From positions 1-52,737 of IMG/VR virus record IMGVR_UViG_3300025635_000031: 52,737 nucleotides of DNA; one strand, given 5' to 3'. This document shows, piece by piece, positions 1-10,017 of this stretch (position 1 is its first letter; each line of letters opens with the position of its first letter). This DNA is from a virus. Its lineage: Duplodnaviria > Caudoviricetes. Under the pieces are notes generated by a model. That model made no database searches, had not been told where the DNA came from, and saw nothing but the letters and a program-made list of their open reading frames with translations. Both the position numbers and the translations under genes were made by a program.

Positions 1-152
1 CGAAGGCCCCGGCGAACCTTGGAAAGGATCACCTTGCGGGTGCCAGTGGAGGAGGGGAGAAAAGCTTCGCGGTTCATATCGATATTCCTTCTATCAGGGT
101 CATCATCAGCACCCGCCTTACGGGTGGACGGGATTGCCCCCGTTTCGACCTT

Positions 153-455
153 TTACGAAACGATCCAGCCAAGGTTTGCAGCGATATCGCGGGCGGCTTG
201 TTCGGACTGGACATTGACGAATTTAAGGACCACTGAACGGGCGCGGTTGTCGTCTTCGACGGCGTTCAGGGTCACCGTTTCCGTGCCTTTGTTTTTGGTG
301 GCAAACGGGACAACCGTGAAATGCGGGACGCCCTTGATGATCTTGGCGGTGATGGCAGGCATATCAGTATCTCCTGTTTCGGTGTTATTTGATAAGGGGA
401 CTTTAACATGCCCAGTGGGCATGTGAACCCCATATCTTGCCCGGATAAACGGCAT
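153..455 (-). CDS. hypothetical protein, divergent from the terminase operon (true start may be the downstream Met, MPAITAK)
   Basis: 100-aa ORF with protein-like composition and an AGGAG upstream of the internal ATG; no motif recognised. Confidence 0.5.
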   Translation of the reverse strand: MPFIRARYGVHMPTGHVKVPLSNNTETGDTDMPAITAKIIKGVPHFTVVPFATKNKGTETVTLNAVEDDNRARSVVLKFVNVQSEQAARDIAANLGWIVS

Positions 456-607
456 GTGGCCCGTTTTGGGTCTAGGGGGGTCTGTTCCCCTTTTGTTCTA
501 CAATGTCCCATGTTGTGGTACATTCAGTATCCGGGGTTCGGTTAACCCGGCAAGGCCCGGTCCCGGCCTCCATCCCCGGTAAGCCGGGCTTATTCTTGGG
601 GGAATGA

Positions 608-1240
608 ATGTCAGACGATAAGAAACCAACACGCAGAAACGCCGCTAAATTCCGCAAAGCGCTGGAAGAAGTGGAAGGCGGAAAAGATGTTGTCGCTGTT
701 GCAGCTGGCGCGTCAAACGTCATTAGCTTTGAAGAAGCTATAAAGAACCACGCAGTAGCCAGAATATTCGCTGCTCCCAAACCTAAGATGGGAAGACCAA
801 CAAAATACGATCCAACATGGATGCTAGAAGCAATCATAGAGGTGGGAAGACTAGGTGGATCAAAAGACAAAATGGCTTCTGCAATCGGTGTGCATTTAGA
901 TACCCTTTACGATTGGTCCGAAAAGCATGCCGACTTTTCCGAAGCCATAAAAGAAGCCACACAATTGTCCAAAGTGTGGTGGGAAAACTTCGGACAAGTG
1001 TCAGCATTGGGGATGATTGATGGCTTTAATTCGACCACATGGATTTTCAATATGAAAAACAGGTTCCCCGAAACGTATCGCGATGTGAAAGTTACAGAGT
1101 TGAATAATACAGGCGCGCCATTGATTGATGCGCGTTCGATCACAATCAACGCAAGAGAACTTGATCCTGAATATCGGCAAAGCCTGAAGCTTGCGCTTTT
1201 GGCTGCGAAGCGCGCTGTTGAAGGAGGCGATGATGACTGA
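608..1240 (+). CDS. terS: terminase small subunit
   Basis: MGRPTKY motif followed by an HTH-like segment (IGVHLDTLYDW...FSEAI); first gene of the packaging operon. Confidence 0.75.
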   Translation: MSDDKKPTRRNAAKFRKALEEVEGGKDVVAVAAGASNVISFEEAIKNHAVARIFAAPKPKMGRPTKYDPTWMLEAIIEVGRLGGSKDKMASAIGVHLDTLYDWSEKHADFSEAIKEATQLSKVWWENFGQVSALGMIDGFNSTTWIFNMKNRFPETYRDVKVTELNNTGAPLIDARSITINARELDPEYRQSLKLALLAAKRAVEGGDDD

Positions 1241-1469
1241 TGATGAAGCCTATCTTAACGCTGTTAAGGAAACGTTGGAGCGCCTGCAGATCGAACCCAA
1301 AGATCTGTTTGGTTATGTGTTCTGGCTTCGTAAGAGATATGAAACATGTGTTGATACACTGTTTGATATCAGGGAGTTTTCGACTGACACGACAGCTGCG
1401 GAACTGGCGACTGAAACTTTGTTTTCTGTTGGCGCGATTGAAGAGGTTGTTTCACATGAAACAAATTAA
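1230..1469 (+). CDS. hypothetical protein
   Basis: ORF overlapping the terS stop, with GGAGG RBS before MMTDDEAY. Confidence 0.6.
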   Translation: MMTDDEAYLNAVKETLERLQIEPKDLFGYVFWLRKRYETCVDTLFDIREFSTDTTAAELATETLFSVGAIEEVVSHETN

Positions 1470-1695
1470 GCATGACTTAATCAACGTCGAAGAGATAGAG
1501 GCGTTTATTAAAGCATCGCGTGAACTAAACGCTAAAAGAGACGAATATATCGAACGCGGTATGACGGAAGCTTTGGACATTGCGCTTACATACGCGCGTG
1601 CAGAGCGATACGAACAGGCGCTGCGTGATCTTACTGGTGAAGAGTACGGCTACAAAGCACAGACACGCGCCAAGACAGCATTGGGGATCAAGTGA
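1456..1695 (+). CDS. hypothetical protein (MKQIKHDL...)
   Basis: C-terminal part of the 1240..1695 ORF, with GAGG upstream and overlaps with both neighbours. Confidence 0.55.
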   Translation: MKQIKHDLINVEEIEAFIKASRELNAKRDEYIERGMTEALDIALTYARAERYEQALRDLTGEEYGYKAQTRAKTALGIK

Positions 1696-1916
1696 TGGCC
1701 TTCGTAAAATGGGGCGTAGAGTTAAGCCCGACTGAACCTGTTAAGGCTACCTTGTCGTTCAATGGCCTACCTATTCGCGAATACAAAGACATGGTCGATG
1801 ATCAGAAAAGGCTTGTCGGATTGGTGGGGCGCATGTTGTCCTGCTTAGACGAAGAGCGTGATGCTGCGGTAATGCAGGAGGCGCATGCGCTCTTGGCGCG
1901 TATTAAGGGGGAATAG
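1692..1916 (+). CDS. hypothetical protein
   Basis: translationally coupled ORF in the small-gene array. Confidence 0.6.
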   Translation: MMAFVKWGVELSPTEPVKATLSFNGLPIREYKDMVDDQKRLVGLVGRMLSCLDEERDAAVMQEAHALLARIKGE

Positions 1917-1918
1917 CA

Positions 1919-2170
1919 ATGGAAATATCGCAAGACATCCCGTTAACGGAAGAGGACCGCGACTTTGTGCGTCGTATGGTTCGCCCTGCGTTTGTGTTTT
2001 GGAATTACGAAGAGACAGCACCAATCAATGTGAATGTGCTTATCAGCGATGGCCACCGAATTACTGTAGGCAAGAAAGAGGATGACGTTTGGTTTAGCCA
2101 TGGCTTACCATTCGCAGAGACTGTTAAGTATTGGATGCCGTTGCCGCGCGCACCTGAAGCGGGGGAATAG
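1919..2170 (+). CDS. DUF551-like small phage protein
   Basis: C-terminal V-K-Y-W-M-P-L-P motif typical of DUF551-type phage proteins. Confidence 0.6.
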   Translation: MEISQDIPLTEEDRDFVRRMVRPAFVFWNYEETAPINVNVLISDGHRITVGKKEDDVWFSHGLPFAETVKYWMPLPRAPEAGE

Positions 2171-2172
2171 AT

Positions 2173-2346
2173 ATGACTGACATTGTTGAACGGCTGCGGT
2201 TCTTAGCATCTGGGCAAGATGATCCACAAAGCGTAGCCCTAGCCAATGCCGCCGACGAAATAGAGCGACTGCGTGAAGCGCTGCAAAAGATTTCTGAATG
2301 GGATTTGACTGGAACAGCCCTTGCCGCGCTTGGGGAGAAAGAGTGA
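2173..2346 (+). CDS. small hypothetical protein (MTDIVERLR...AADEIERLR), 57 aa, below the ORF-track cutoff
   Basis: read from the sequence: GGGGG RBS, ATG at 2173, TGA overlapping the next ATG; DIVERLR/AADEIERLR motif is common in phage small proteins. Confidence 0.65.
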   Translation: MTDIVERLRFLASGQDDPQSVALANAADEIERLREALQKISEWDLTGTALAALGEKE

Positions 2347-2609
2347 TGCTTACAGAAGGCATGACGCTGTTGGAGCAGTTGCAAGATCGTGCAGATATCT
2401 TGCAAGAGAACGGCTATCAATACGAACCGCTTGAAGACGCAATTCAGCTTATCCAAGAGATGCGCGAAGATTTAATCTACCTTAACAAGATGTGCATGAC
2501 GTTGATGTCTCTCCTGCCGCCAGAGACAACACCGGAAGACGTGCGTGCGGCGATGGCAAAGCAGGGATCACATGTGCGTGAAGAGAAGCGGATCATCACA
2601 GATGTCTGA
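2346..2609 (+). CDS. hypothetical protein
   Basis: TGATG coupling with the upstream gene; GGAG RBS. Confidence 0.55.
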   Translation: MLTEGMTLLEQLQDRADILQENGYQYEPLEDAIQLIQEMREDLIYLNKMCMTLMSLLPPETTPEDVRAAMAKQGSHVREEKRIITDV

Positions 2610-2883
2610 CATCATTTGCAAAGACCCGTTTAAGCAGTGCGATGAATGGGAGTGCAAGAAAGCTGGCGCGTGTCAGAGCGATGTACCATCGATAGAGATT
2701 GGCCACCTGACTGCAGACGATTACATCGCAGTCGGTGAAGTGACAGAGCATGAAGACGGCAGCGCTACGTTTGAATTGACGTTGGGAGGTAATGCATTGC
2801 GCACCATCGTAGAGGTCGGCTTTACGTCTTTGTTGCGCGATGGGATTAAGAGCGAAGCTAAAGAGGAGAGCAAGAATGTTTGA
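2602..2883 (+). CDS. hypothetical protein
   Basis: overlapping ORF; Cys-rich N-terminus and EHEDGSATFEL motif. Confidence 0.55.
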   Translation: MSDIICKDPFKQCDEWECKKAGACQSDVPSIEIGHLTADDYIAVGEVTEHEDGSATFELTLGGNALRTIVEVGFTSLLRDGIKSEAKEESKNV

Positions 2884-3094
2884 TTTAGATGGAAGAGACA
2901 AAGCAATAAATATCCGCGCCATTGTCAGCGAATGGGATGGCGAAAAAGCAATCATAGTAGAGAACGTTCCGGGCCGTGCGCTTGAACACACGCGCGTAAA
3001 GATCATCACAGACGTTGGCGAAGAGTTCATAGTCAGCGCTTGGGATATGCTGCGCGCCATCCGTGCGTGTTCTGGCATTGGCAGTGAAGAGTAA
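2876..3094 (+). CDS. hypothetical protein
   Basis: AGGAG RBS, ATG at 2876 overlapping the previous gene. Confidence 0.55.
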   Translation: MFDLDGRDKAINIRAIVSEWDGEKAIIVENVPGRALEHTRVKIITDVGEEFIVSAWDMLRAIRACSGIGSEE

Positions 3095-3163
3095 GGCCAT
3101 GACGTTTGTAGAGATAGCGACAATCCTAGGCATCAGCCTTTTCGCATACTGGGTGATTGCGCA

Positions 3164-3592
3164 TTGATCGCGTGGGACAAGACGTTCCTTAACCTGTGCG
3201 ATGAAATTGCGCAGAGGTCGAAAGATCCAAGCACAAAGGTCGGTGCGTGCATTGTCGCGCCAGATAGGACCATTGTGTCGATGGGCTACAATGGCTTCCC
3301 GCGCGGATGCAATGATGCGCAGGCATTGTATGAAGACCGCCACGTTAAGCTTATGCGAACGATCCACGCAGAGGTAAATGCAATCATCACTGCACGGCGT
3401 GATCTAACGGGATGCACGCTCTACGTGTCGCCACTGCATCCGTGCGCTAATTGCGCTGCAATCATTGTGCAGGCAGGCATCAAACGTGTCGTTTACAAGG
3501 CAAGCGATGAAGTGCCGCGTTGGGCTGACAGCTTTCAGAATGCCGCGATGATGTTTCTAGAGGCTGGTGTGAAGGTCGATTGTGTTGAATAA
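3164..3592 (+). CDS. dCMP deaminase (Zn-dependent cytidine/deoxycytidylate deaminase family)
   Basis: SKDPSTKVGA, GYNG, HAE and PCANC motifs. Confidence 0.92.
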   Translation: MIAWDKTFLNLCDEIAQRSKDPSTKVGACIVAPDRTIVSMGYNGFPRGCNDAQALYEDRHVKLMRTIHAEVNAIITARRDLTGCTLYVSPLHPCANCAAIIVQAGIKRVVYKASDEVPRWADSFQNAAMMFLEAGVKVDCVE

Positions 3593-3630
3593 TATCCGCG
3601 CGAATGCCACATGGCGCGGGAGACGCATCG

Positions 3631-3798
3631 ATGATGGGAACGAAGGGAAAGCTTAATGGGGGAGAGATGGATGCGTTCAGTGCGTGGAAGCGGGTATACG
3701 GCTTCATGCAACGACCCGGCGTTCGTAAATGGATCAAACGTCATTTCTGGAAGAAGCAGCGTGCCAAACAACGATCAGAGAACAGACAAACAGATTAG
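3631..3798 (+). CDS. small basic hypothetical protein
   Basis: GGAG RBS before MMGTKGKL; Arg/Lys-rich. Confidence 0.45.
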   Translation: MMGTKGKLNGGEMDAFSAWKRVYGFMQRPGVRKWIKRHFWKKQRAKQRSENRQTD

Positions 3799-3991
3799 TG
3801 TTGGCTGGCACTGGACGTATGGCTGGTTAAGGCGTCCTGAATGCGATGAACCGTTTGGCTATGCATATGAAGAGCCAGATGGTGATCTTGTCTTCATTGG
3901 TGATGTGAAGGCCAAGAAGCGTGTGATGCTGCAATGCTGCGAAGACCAATTCGGTGAACGCTACATCTGCCTGCATAAGGATTGATGTCAG

Positions 3992-5719
3992 ATGACGTTC
4001 TACGTTGATACTGAAGACGGCAGACTAAACGGGCCTGAAACGTTAAAGAACCTTGAACGCGCAGACTGCGAAGACAGCCTGTACTATTTCCTGCAACAGC
4101 ACTGGCAATATCTATCAGCCGCGCCATTCACACCGGGATGGCCCATCGAAGCCATTGCAGAGCATCTGCAGGCGGTTGTAGACGGCGACATTAAGCGCTT
4201 GATCATCAACATCCCACCGCGTTGCGCTAAGTCGTCGCTTTGTTCTGTGGCCTTCCCTGCGTGGACATGGGCGCAGCCGTATGACAGCCCAACATCAGGC
4301 CCCGGCGTTCAGTTCCTGTTTGCATCGTATGGCCGTGATCTAGCGCTGCGTGATTCGACAGCGTGCCGCCGCGTGATCGAAAGCCCGCTTTATCAAAGCA
4401 TGTGGGGTGATCGATACAAGCTGACGGATGACCAGAACACTAAAACCCGCTTCGACACGACACGCAACGGATCGCGCCTTGCAACGTCAGTGGGTTCGGC
4501 GCTTACGGGTGAAGGTGGCAACATCATTGTGGTTGACGATCCGAACAATGCGCAGGAAGCGAATTCGGAAGCGAAGATCCAAGAAACGATTGAATGGTGG
4601 GACAATGCTTTAAGCACCCGTCTGAACGATCCAAAGCATGGCGCGTTCGTGATCATTCAACAGCGCCTGTCAGAGCAAGACATGACGGGATACATCCTAG
4701 AAAAAGATGTCGGTGATTGGACGCATTTGTGTTTGCCTATGCGCTATGAATGGGCGCGCCATAGCTACACCAGCATTGGCTGGAATGACCCAAGAGGGCT
4801 AGATGCAGAAGGTGATCCGCTTGTTGTCGTTGCAGAGGACGGTGCGCGCCACGCGCGTGATTTTGAAGCGGCACTGGAGTTGGAGAAGCGTGAAGGTGCG
4901 CTTCTTTGGCCCGAACGCTTTGGAGAACGTGAAGTCGCGCTACTTGAACGGCAGATGGGGCCATGGACGGCTGCAGGGCAGCTACAGCAAAGGCCGGAAC
5001 CCAAAGGCGGGGGTATCCTAAAGCGCGAATGGTGGCAGCTGTGGGAACACGACATGCTACCGGGTGCCGATTACGTTGTGGCTGCATTGGATACGGCATA
5101 CACGACAAAGCAGGAGAACGACATGTCGGCCATGACGGTATGGGGCGTGTTCTCTGGCGGCGATGGCACGGCGCAGGTCACGCGCCAGATGGGACGTGAT
5201 GGCAGCACATCGCTTGTAGAGTTAAGCCGCACTTACACTGAAGAGCATCCAAAGATTATTTTGTTGCATGCATGGCAGGACAGGCTTGAATTGCATGACC
5301 TTGTGAAGCGCGTGCAGCAAACAATGAAAGACTGCAAGGTCGATAAGCTTCTGATTGAAAACAAAGCAGCTGGTCACAGCGTTGCGCAGGAGTTGCGGCG
5401 CTTGTTTAATATCGAAGACTTCGCTGTGCAGCTTGTCGATCCAAAGGGGCAGGACAAGGTAGCCCGTCTTTATTCGGTGCAGCATCTGTTTGCTGAAGGT
5501 TTGATCTACGCGCCAGACCGTGGGTGGGCTGAAGAGGTCATCACGCAATGCGCAGCCTTTCCAAAAGCAAAGCACGACGATCTGGTCGATACGGTAAGCA
5601 TGGGTTTACGCTTCTTGCGTGAAACAGGCATGCTGGTGCGTGGCGCGGAATTCACAGCTGACTTGGATCAGCAACGCGAACACATTGGATCAGCACCACA
5701 GCCCCTATACGCGGTGTAA
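3992..5719 (+). CDS. terL: terminase large subunit
   Basis: Walker A-like IINIPPRCAKS, Walker B IIVVDDP, IIQQRL, nuclease ALDTA, IENKAAG and HDDLVD motifs. Confidence 0.95.
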   Translation: MTFYVDTEDGRLNGPETLKNLERADCEDSLYYFLQQHWQYLSAAPFTPGWPIEAIAEHLQAVVDGDIKRLIINIPPRCAKSSLCSVAFPAWTWAQPYDSPTSGPGVQFLFASYGRDLALRDSTACRRVIESPLYQSMWGDRYKLTDDQNTKTRFDTTRNGSRLATSVGSALTGEGGNIIVVDDPNNAQEANSEAKIQETIEWWDNALSTRLNDPKHGAFVIIQQRLSEQDMTGYILEKDVGDWTHLCLPMRYEWARHSYTSIGWNDPRGLDAEGDPLVVVAEDGARHARDFEAALELEKREGALLWPERFGEREVALLERQMGPWTAAGQLQQRPEPKGGGILKREWWQLWEHDMLPGADYVVAALDTAYTTKQENDMSAMTVWGVFSGGDGTAQVTRQMGRDGSTSLVELSRTYTEEHPKIILLHAWQDRLELHDLVKRVQQTMKDCKVDKLLIENKAAGHSVAQELRRLFNIEDFAVQLVDPKGQDKVARLYSVQHLFAEGLIYAPDRGWAEEVITQCAAFPKAKHDDLVDTVSMGLRFLRETGMLVRGAEFTADLDQQREHIGSAPQPLYAV

Positions 5720-5722
5720 TGC

Positions 5723-6118
5723 ATGGAAATGCGTACTTGTAAGAAGTGCGGCGAAGAAAAGTGCTTTGATGAATTTGCCAATGCAGGCACCGTTAAGGGT
5801 GTCTTATACAGGCGTTACATCTGCATTAAATGCTGGGCAGAGAAAAACAATATAAACAGAAATGAAAACAGGCGTCGCGTTGATGAACTGCGCGCCAAGC
5901 TATCGTGTCGTGATTGCGGCCTGAAAGACCACAGGGTCATAGAGTTTCATCATAGGGACCCTGCAGAAAAGGACATGGAAATAAGCCTTATGATGTCCCA
6001 ATCATGGGAACGTATTGAAAAAGAAATCGCAAAGTGCGATGCGTTATGTGCCAATTGCCACCGCATACTTCATTATGAAGAGCGGCAAGCAAAGAAGCGG
6101 CAATTAAGTAACACTTAA
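5723..6118 (+). CDS. HNH endonuclease
   Basis: CxxC Zn motifs, FHHRDP...LCANCHRILH; sits immediately after terL. Confidence 0.85.
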   Translation: MEMRTCKKCGEEKCFDEFANAGTVKGVLYRRYICIKCWAEKNNINRNENRRRVDELRAKLSCRDCGLKDHRVIEFHHRDPAEKDMEISLMMSQSWERIEKEIAKCDALCANCHRILHYEERQAKKRQLSNT

Positions 6119-6128
6119 CGGTGAAGCC

Positions 6129-6341
6129 ATGCAGCGCGTGCTTTGTAATGCCTTTGTTGATCCTGTGATCCTGCCTGAAAAGAACCACCCCGGCACGTTC
6201 CGCGTGGAGGTTTGGGGGCGGTCACCATACGATTACACGCGGTTCTACAAAATAGACGCGAAAGATGATAATATCGCCGCACAAGAGGGCATCCGTCTAT
6301 TTGTTGAAGAGATGGAGAAGCTTTTCGGATCAAAGGATTGA
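6129..6341 (+). CDS. hypothetical protein
   Basis: ORF between the HNH gene and portal, overlapping the portal start. Confidence 0.55.
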   Translation: MQRVLCNAFVDPVILPEKNHPGTFRVEVWGRSPYDYTRFYKIDAKDDNIAAQEGIRLFVEEMEKLFGSKD

Positions 6342-8635
6342 CTATGCCAACACCGGGCCTTGTTCCACAAAACCTTCGCCTTCTTGGCGCGGAAGAGCCG
6401 TCAATTGCTGATACGGGCGATGTGCAAGTAGAGATCGAAGAAGGCAAGCCCGGTTATGAAACTGACGATAGCGGCAATATCTTACGCATTGAACATCCTG
6501 ATGGCTCTGTCAGTATTTCTCTTGATGGTAAGCCTATAACAGAGAAGTCAGAAGCAGAGCGCGCCAGAACATGGTTTGCGAACCTTGTCGAAGATATCGA
6601 TGAAGGCGAACTGCAGCGTGTCGCTGACGAACTGATGAAAGGCATTCAGGACGATATCGACAGCCGCAAGGAATGGATCGAAGACCGTGCGCAGGGCATT
6701 AAGCTGCTTGGTCTTAAGATTGAAATCCCCGGCCTTGCAGGCGCGTCTGACGGCGCTCCTGTCGAAGGCATGTCCAAGGTTCGCCATCCGCTTTTGCTGG
6801 AGGCCTGCCTGCGCTTTCAGGCCAATGCACGTTCAGAGCTGTTGCCCACTGATGGCCCGGTCAAGATCCGCAACGATGCTGTTGGCACCACGGTAGAGCA
6901 TGACTTCACAGCCACAGCGTTGGAGAAGGATCTAAACCATTACCTGACCAGCGTAGCCACAGAGTATTACCCAGACACTGACCGCATGCTGTTGATGCTG
7001 GGTTTTGGCGGCACAGCGTTTAAGAAGGTTTACTTCTGCCCGCTACGTAATCGCCCTGTTAGCGAAAGCGTTGATGCTGATGACTTGATCGTCAATAACG
7101 CAGCTACTGATCTTTCGACTGCAAAGCGAATCACGCATCGCGTTTACATGCGTCCATCGACGGTAAAACGTCTGCAGATCTTGGGCGTGTATCGTGATGT
7201 TGATTTGGGTGTGCCTAAGACGCCTGATTTGGATTCAGTGCAACGCGCACAGAATGATCAGCAAGGCATCGCGCCAGAGACATACAACCCTGAAGACCGC
7301 GACCGTGAAATCTATGAATGCTATTGCGAATTGGATATCGCAGGGTTTGAACACAAATACAAAGGCAAAGAATCGGGACTAGAGATCCCGTACCGCGTCA
7401 CCATCGACGTATCGACAAAAGAAATTCTGTCGATTGTGCGCAATTACGACGAAGATACGGCAGAGTTGCCCGAAGCGCGGCAAAACTTTGTCAAATATTC
7501 GTTTGTTCCCGGCATGGGCTTTTACGACATTGGCTTGTTGCATATACTTGGCAACACAACCAACGCGGTGACAGCTGCATGGCGCGAAATGCTAGACGCA
7601 GGGATGTACGCAAACTTCCCCGGCTTCCTAATGGCAGAAACAGGCGCGCGCCAAAACACAAACATCTTCCGAATTCCACCGGGTGGTGGGCAAGTGGTGA
7701 AGACAGGCGGCATGCCGATCAATCAGGCGGTTATGGCTCTGCCATACAAGGACCCGTCTTCAGCCCTGATGACACTTGTTGAAAACATGGCACAGACGGG
7801 TATGCGGGTAGGCGGCACCAGCGAAATGCAGGTTGGTGAAGGCCGCGCAGACGCGCCAGTGGGGACCACACTGGCCATGATTGATCAGGCCACCAAGGTC
7901 CTGAATAGCGTCCACAAGCGCATGCATTCGGCACAGGCTGATGAATTCAAGCTTCTAGTACGTACCTTCCGGGAAAACCCGGAGAGCTTCTGGAACCGCC
8001 TGAAGCGGCCTACAACCGAATGGAACGAACAGACATTCCTTGGCGCGCTAAACGACTGTGAATTGGTCCCACAGGCCGACCCCAATACTGCTAGCCAGAC
8101 CCAGCGCATGATGAAGATCATGGGCTTGAAGCAGCTTCAGCAAGCTAACCCATCGATGTACGATCCAATCGCCATCGATACGGCTGCTTTGAAGGCTATG
8201 GGCTGGAGCAATCCAGAACAGTTCTTGGCACCGAAGGATGCACAGGCTGCACCGCCGCCAGAACTGCAACAGATCCAAGCCAAGATCCAGACGGATCAAC
8301 AGAAGGCACAGGCCGCTCTTATGTCTGCCCAGATCAAGGGTCAGGAAGTGCAGCAACGCGGCCAGATAGACATGATGAAGGCGCAGGCAGACGCTATGCG
8401 CGCACAGGCCGACATTCACTTTGCGCAGCAAGAGATCCACGAAAAGAAAAAAGATCGCTTGTCGCGTGAACGTGTGCAGATGATTGATCTTGCGCAGAAC
8501 CTTGCTGTGCATCCAGAAAGTGTGGGGGTAGTAGAGCCTCTCTTAGTTCCGGCCATGGAGGACATGGAACGTGAACAGAGAGAACAACAAATGCAGCAGG
8601 GTGGTATTATGCCTCCCGGTATGGGAGGTCAGTAA
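6338..8635 (+). CDS. portal protein (P22-like)
   Basis: 765 aa after terL; HPLLLEA, GTAFKKVYF, GFYDIGL and PVGTTLA motifs; Gln-rich coiled-coil tail. Confidence 0.85.
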   Translation: MTMPTPGLVPQNLRLLGAEEPSIADTGDVQVEIEEGKPGYETDDSGNILRIEHPDGSVSISLDGKPITEKSEAERARTWFANLVEDIDEGELQRVADELMKGIQDDIDSRKEWIEDRAQGIKLLGLKIEIPGLAGASDGAPVEGMSKVRHPLLLEACLRFQANARSELLPTDGPVKIRNDAVGTTVEHDFTATALEKDLNHYLTSVATEYYPDTDRMLLMLGFGGTAFKKVYFCPLRNRPVSESVDADDLIVNNAATDLSTAKRITHRVYMRPSTVKRLQILGVYRDVDLGVPKTPDLDSVQRAQNDQQGIAPETYNPEDRDREIYECYCELDIAGFEHKYKGKESGLEIPYRVTIDVSTKEILSIVRNYDEDTAELPEARQNFVKYSFVPGMGFYDIGLLHILGNTTNAVTAAWREMLDAGMYANFPGFLMAETGARQNTNIFRIPPGGGQVVKTGGMPINQAVMALPYKDPSSALMTLVENMAQTGMRVGGTSEMQVGEGRADAPVGTTLAMIDQATKVLNSVHKRMHSAQADEFKLLVRTFRENPESFWNRLKRPTTEWNEQTFLGALNDCELVPQADPNTASQTQRMMKIMGLKQLQQANPSMYDPIAIDTAALKAMGWSNPEQFLAPKDAQAAPPPELQQIQAKIQTDQQKAQAALMSAQIKGQEVQQRGQIDMMKAQADAMRAQADIHFAQQEIHEKKKDRLSRERVQMIDLAQNLAVHPESVGVVEPLLVPAMEDMEREQREQQMQQGGIMPPGMGGQ

Positions 8636-10014
8636 TGGCTAGCGCAAAAGGATTTGGAGTTAAAGGGGCTGCAGCTGGTGCAGAGCGTGGTGCATCAAAA
8701 AGCATTCTAAATGAAGAGCTTCAAAGCACATTAGATTTGCTTAAGTCTACTCTGGCAAAAGATGCAGAGCGAATTGCAGCTGGTCAAAAGCCGTTTTTCA
8801 AAAGCCCAGAAGAAGCCGCCGCATATTGGGATAAAGCTTATAAAGAAATTTCAACTGGGGTTACTAAAGGTATTTACCCAATTGGCCCCAACGCGCCACG
8901 CATTACATACAAAAAAGATGGCCAACTTTTTACGCTTAATCGTGACGTAAAGCCGCCTGAAGGTGCAGAGCGCGTTAGCCTTACGAATGCTGATATTCTT
9001 AAGATGATGCCGCCCCGTCCGCAAGTTACACCAAAGCCTGCCGGGGAACCGAACGCTTATAACAACCCACCGCCGCCTGAATACACATCCCGTGTAGCAT
9101 CATCGCCATCTACACAGGAAGCTGTGCAAATTGCAAAAGAAACGACAGCTGCTCCTAGCGCTGAAAGATTATCGCCACGATTAACACCAACATCACCTTG
9201 GGAGAAACCCGGCTTTACACCGCGTGTCAGCCCAACCACGCCAGAAGCAATTACACCACGGGTTCGTGATCTGGTAGATCCAGCATTAGTTCTTGGCGCG
9301 GGGGGTGCTGGTGCTTATGCTCTTGACCCAAATGCAGCCAAAACAATGGCGCAAAATATTCTTCAAACGCAATATCAAACACGCGCTGGAGATAGCAGCC
9401 CCAATCACGACATGATGCCTTATATGGGATCTGGCGTATCTGAACAGCCGGATGATTTTCGTGATAGCGGCATTCCGTTTAAGCAGCCAGTTGGCGTATC
9501 GTATGACTACAGCGATTTTGCGCCAAATGGCGGCATGAATGACGGGTCAATGACACCGCCAACGCCGGATCAATCTGGCCGTGAACTTGGGCCTTTTCCA
9601 GAGCGTCAGATGGGTCAGGAGCAACGTTTCCGCCCAGCATCATATGAAGGGCAGGCCCAGCGCTTTCCGCCAATGGGTGCCGTTTCTACAGCGCGCCAAG
9701 TTATTCAGCGCGCACAGAATAGCCCTACAGCACAAGCGCAACAGGCTGCAGCTGTTATGCAGCAAAGCCCAAATGAACTGACAGTGCAAAGAAGCGCTGA
9801 TCAGGGTCCTAATGCTTTGACCCGGTTTATTCGTGGTGATTTCCGCGAAGGTGCCGATCAGCGCGTTATGGAGGCTATGCGCCGCCAGCGTGAAGAAAGC
9901 GGTGTAGATAGTTCTACTATGGCGCGTGGTGGTGCTGCACCGAAAAAGTCAAACAAGGACGATGTGCTGCATAAAGCGCTTGAAATCATTCATCACATGC
10001 TTACACGGCGCTAA
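8635..10014 (+). CDS. low-complexity putative internal virion protein with C-terminal MARGG...VLHKAL tag
   Basis: 459 aa, Pro/Gln-rich, coupled to portal, one hydrophobic segment. Confidence 0.6.
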   Translation: MASAKGFGVKGAAAGAERGASKSILNEELQSTLDLLKSTLAKDAERIAAGQKPFFKSPEEAAAYWDKAYKEISTGVTKGIYPIGPNAPRITYKKDGQLFTLNRDVKPPEGAERVSLTNADILKMMPPRPQVTPKPAGEPNAYNNPPPPEYTSRVASSPSTQEAVQIAKETTAAPSAERLSPRLTPTSPWEKPGFTPRVSPTTPEAITPRVRDLVDPALVLGAGGAGAYALDPNAAKTMAQNILQTQYQTRAGDSSPNHDMMPYMGSGVSEQPDDFRDSGIPFKQPVGVSYDYSDFAPNGGMNDGSMTPPTPDQSGRELGPFPERQMGQEQRFRPASYEGQAQRFPPMGAVSTARQVIQRAQNSPTAQAQQAAAVMQQSPNELTVQRSADQGPNALTRFIRGDFREGADQRVMEAMRRQREESGVDSSTMARGGAAPKKSNKDDVLHKALEIIHHMLTRR

Positions 10015-10017
10015 ACA

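Noticed and set aside
19-426. + strand 135-aa ORF
   Set aside because: Antisense shadow of the more protein-like - strand ORF 153..455; no motif.
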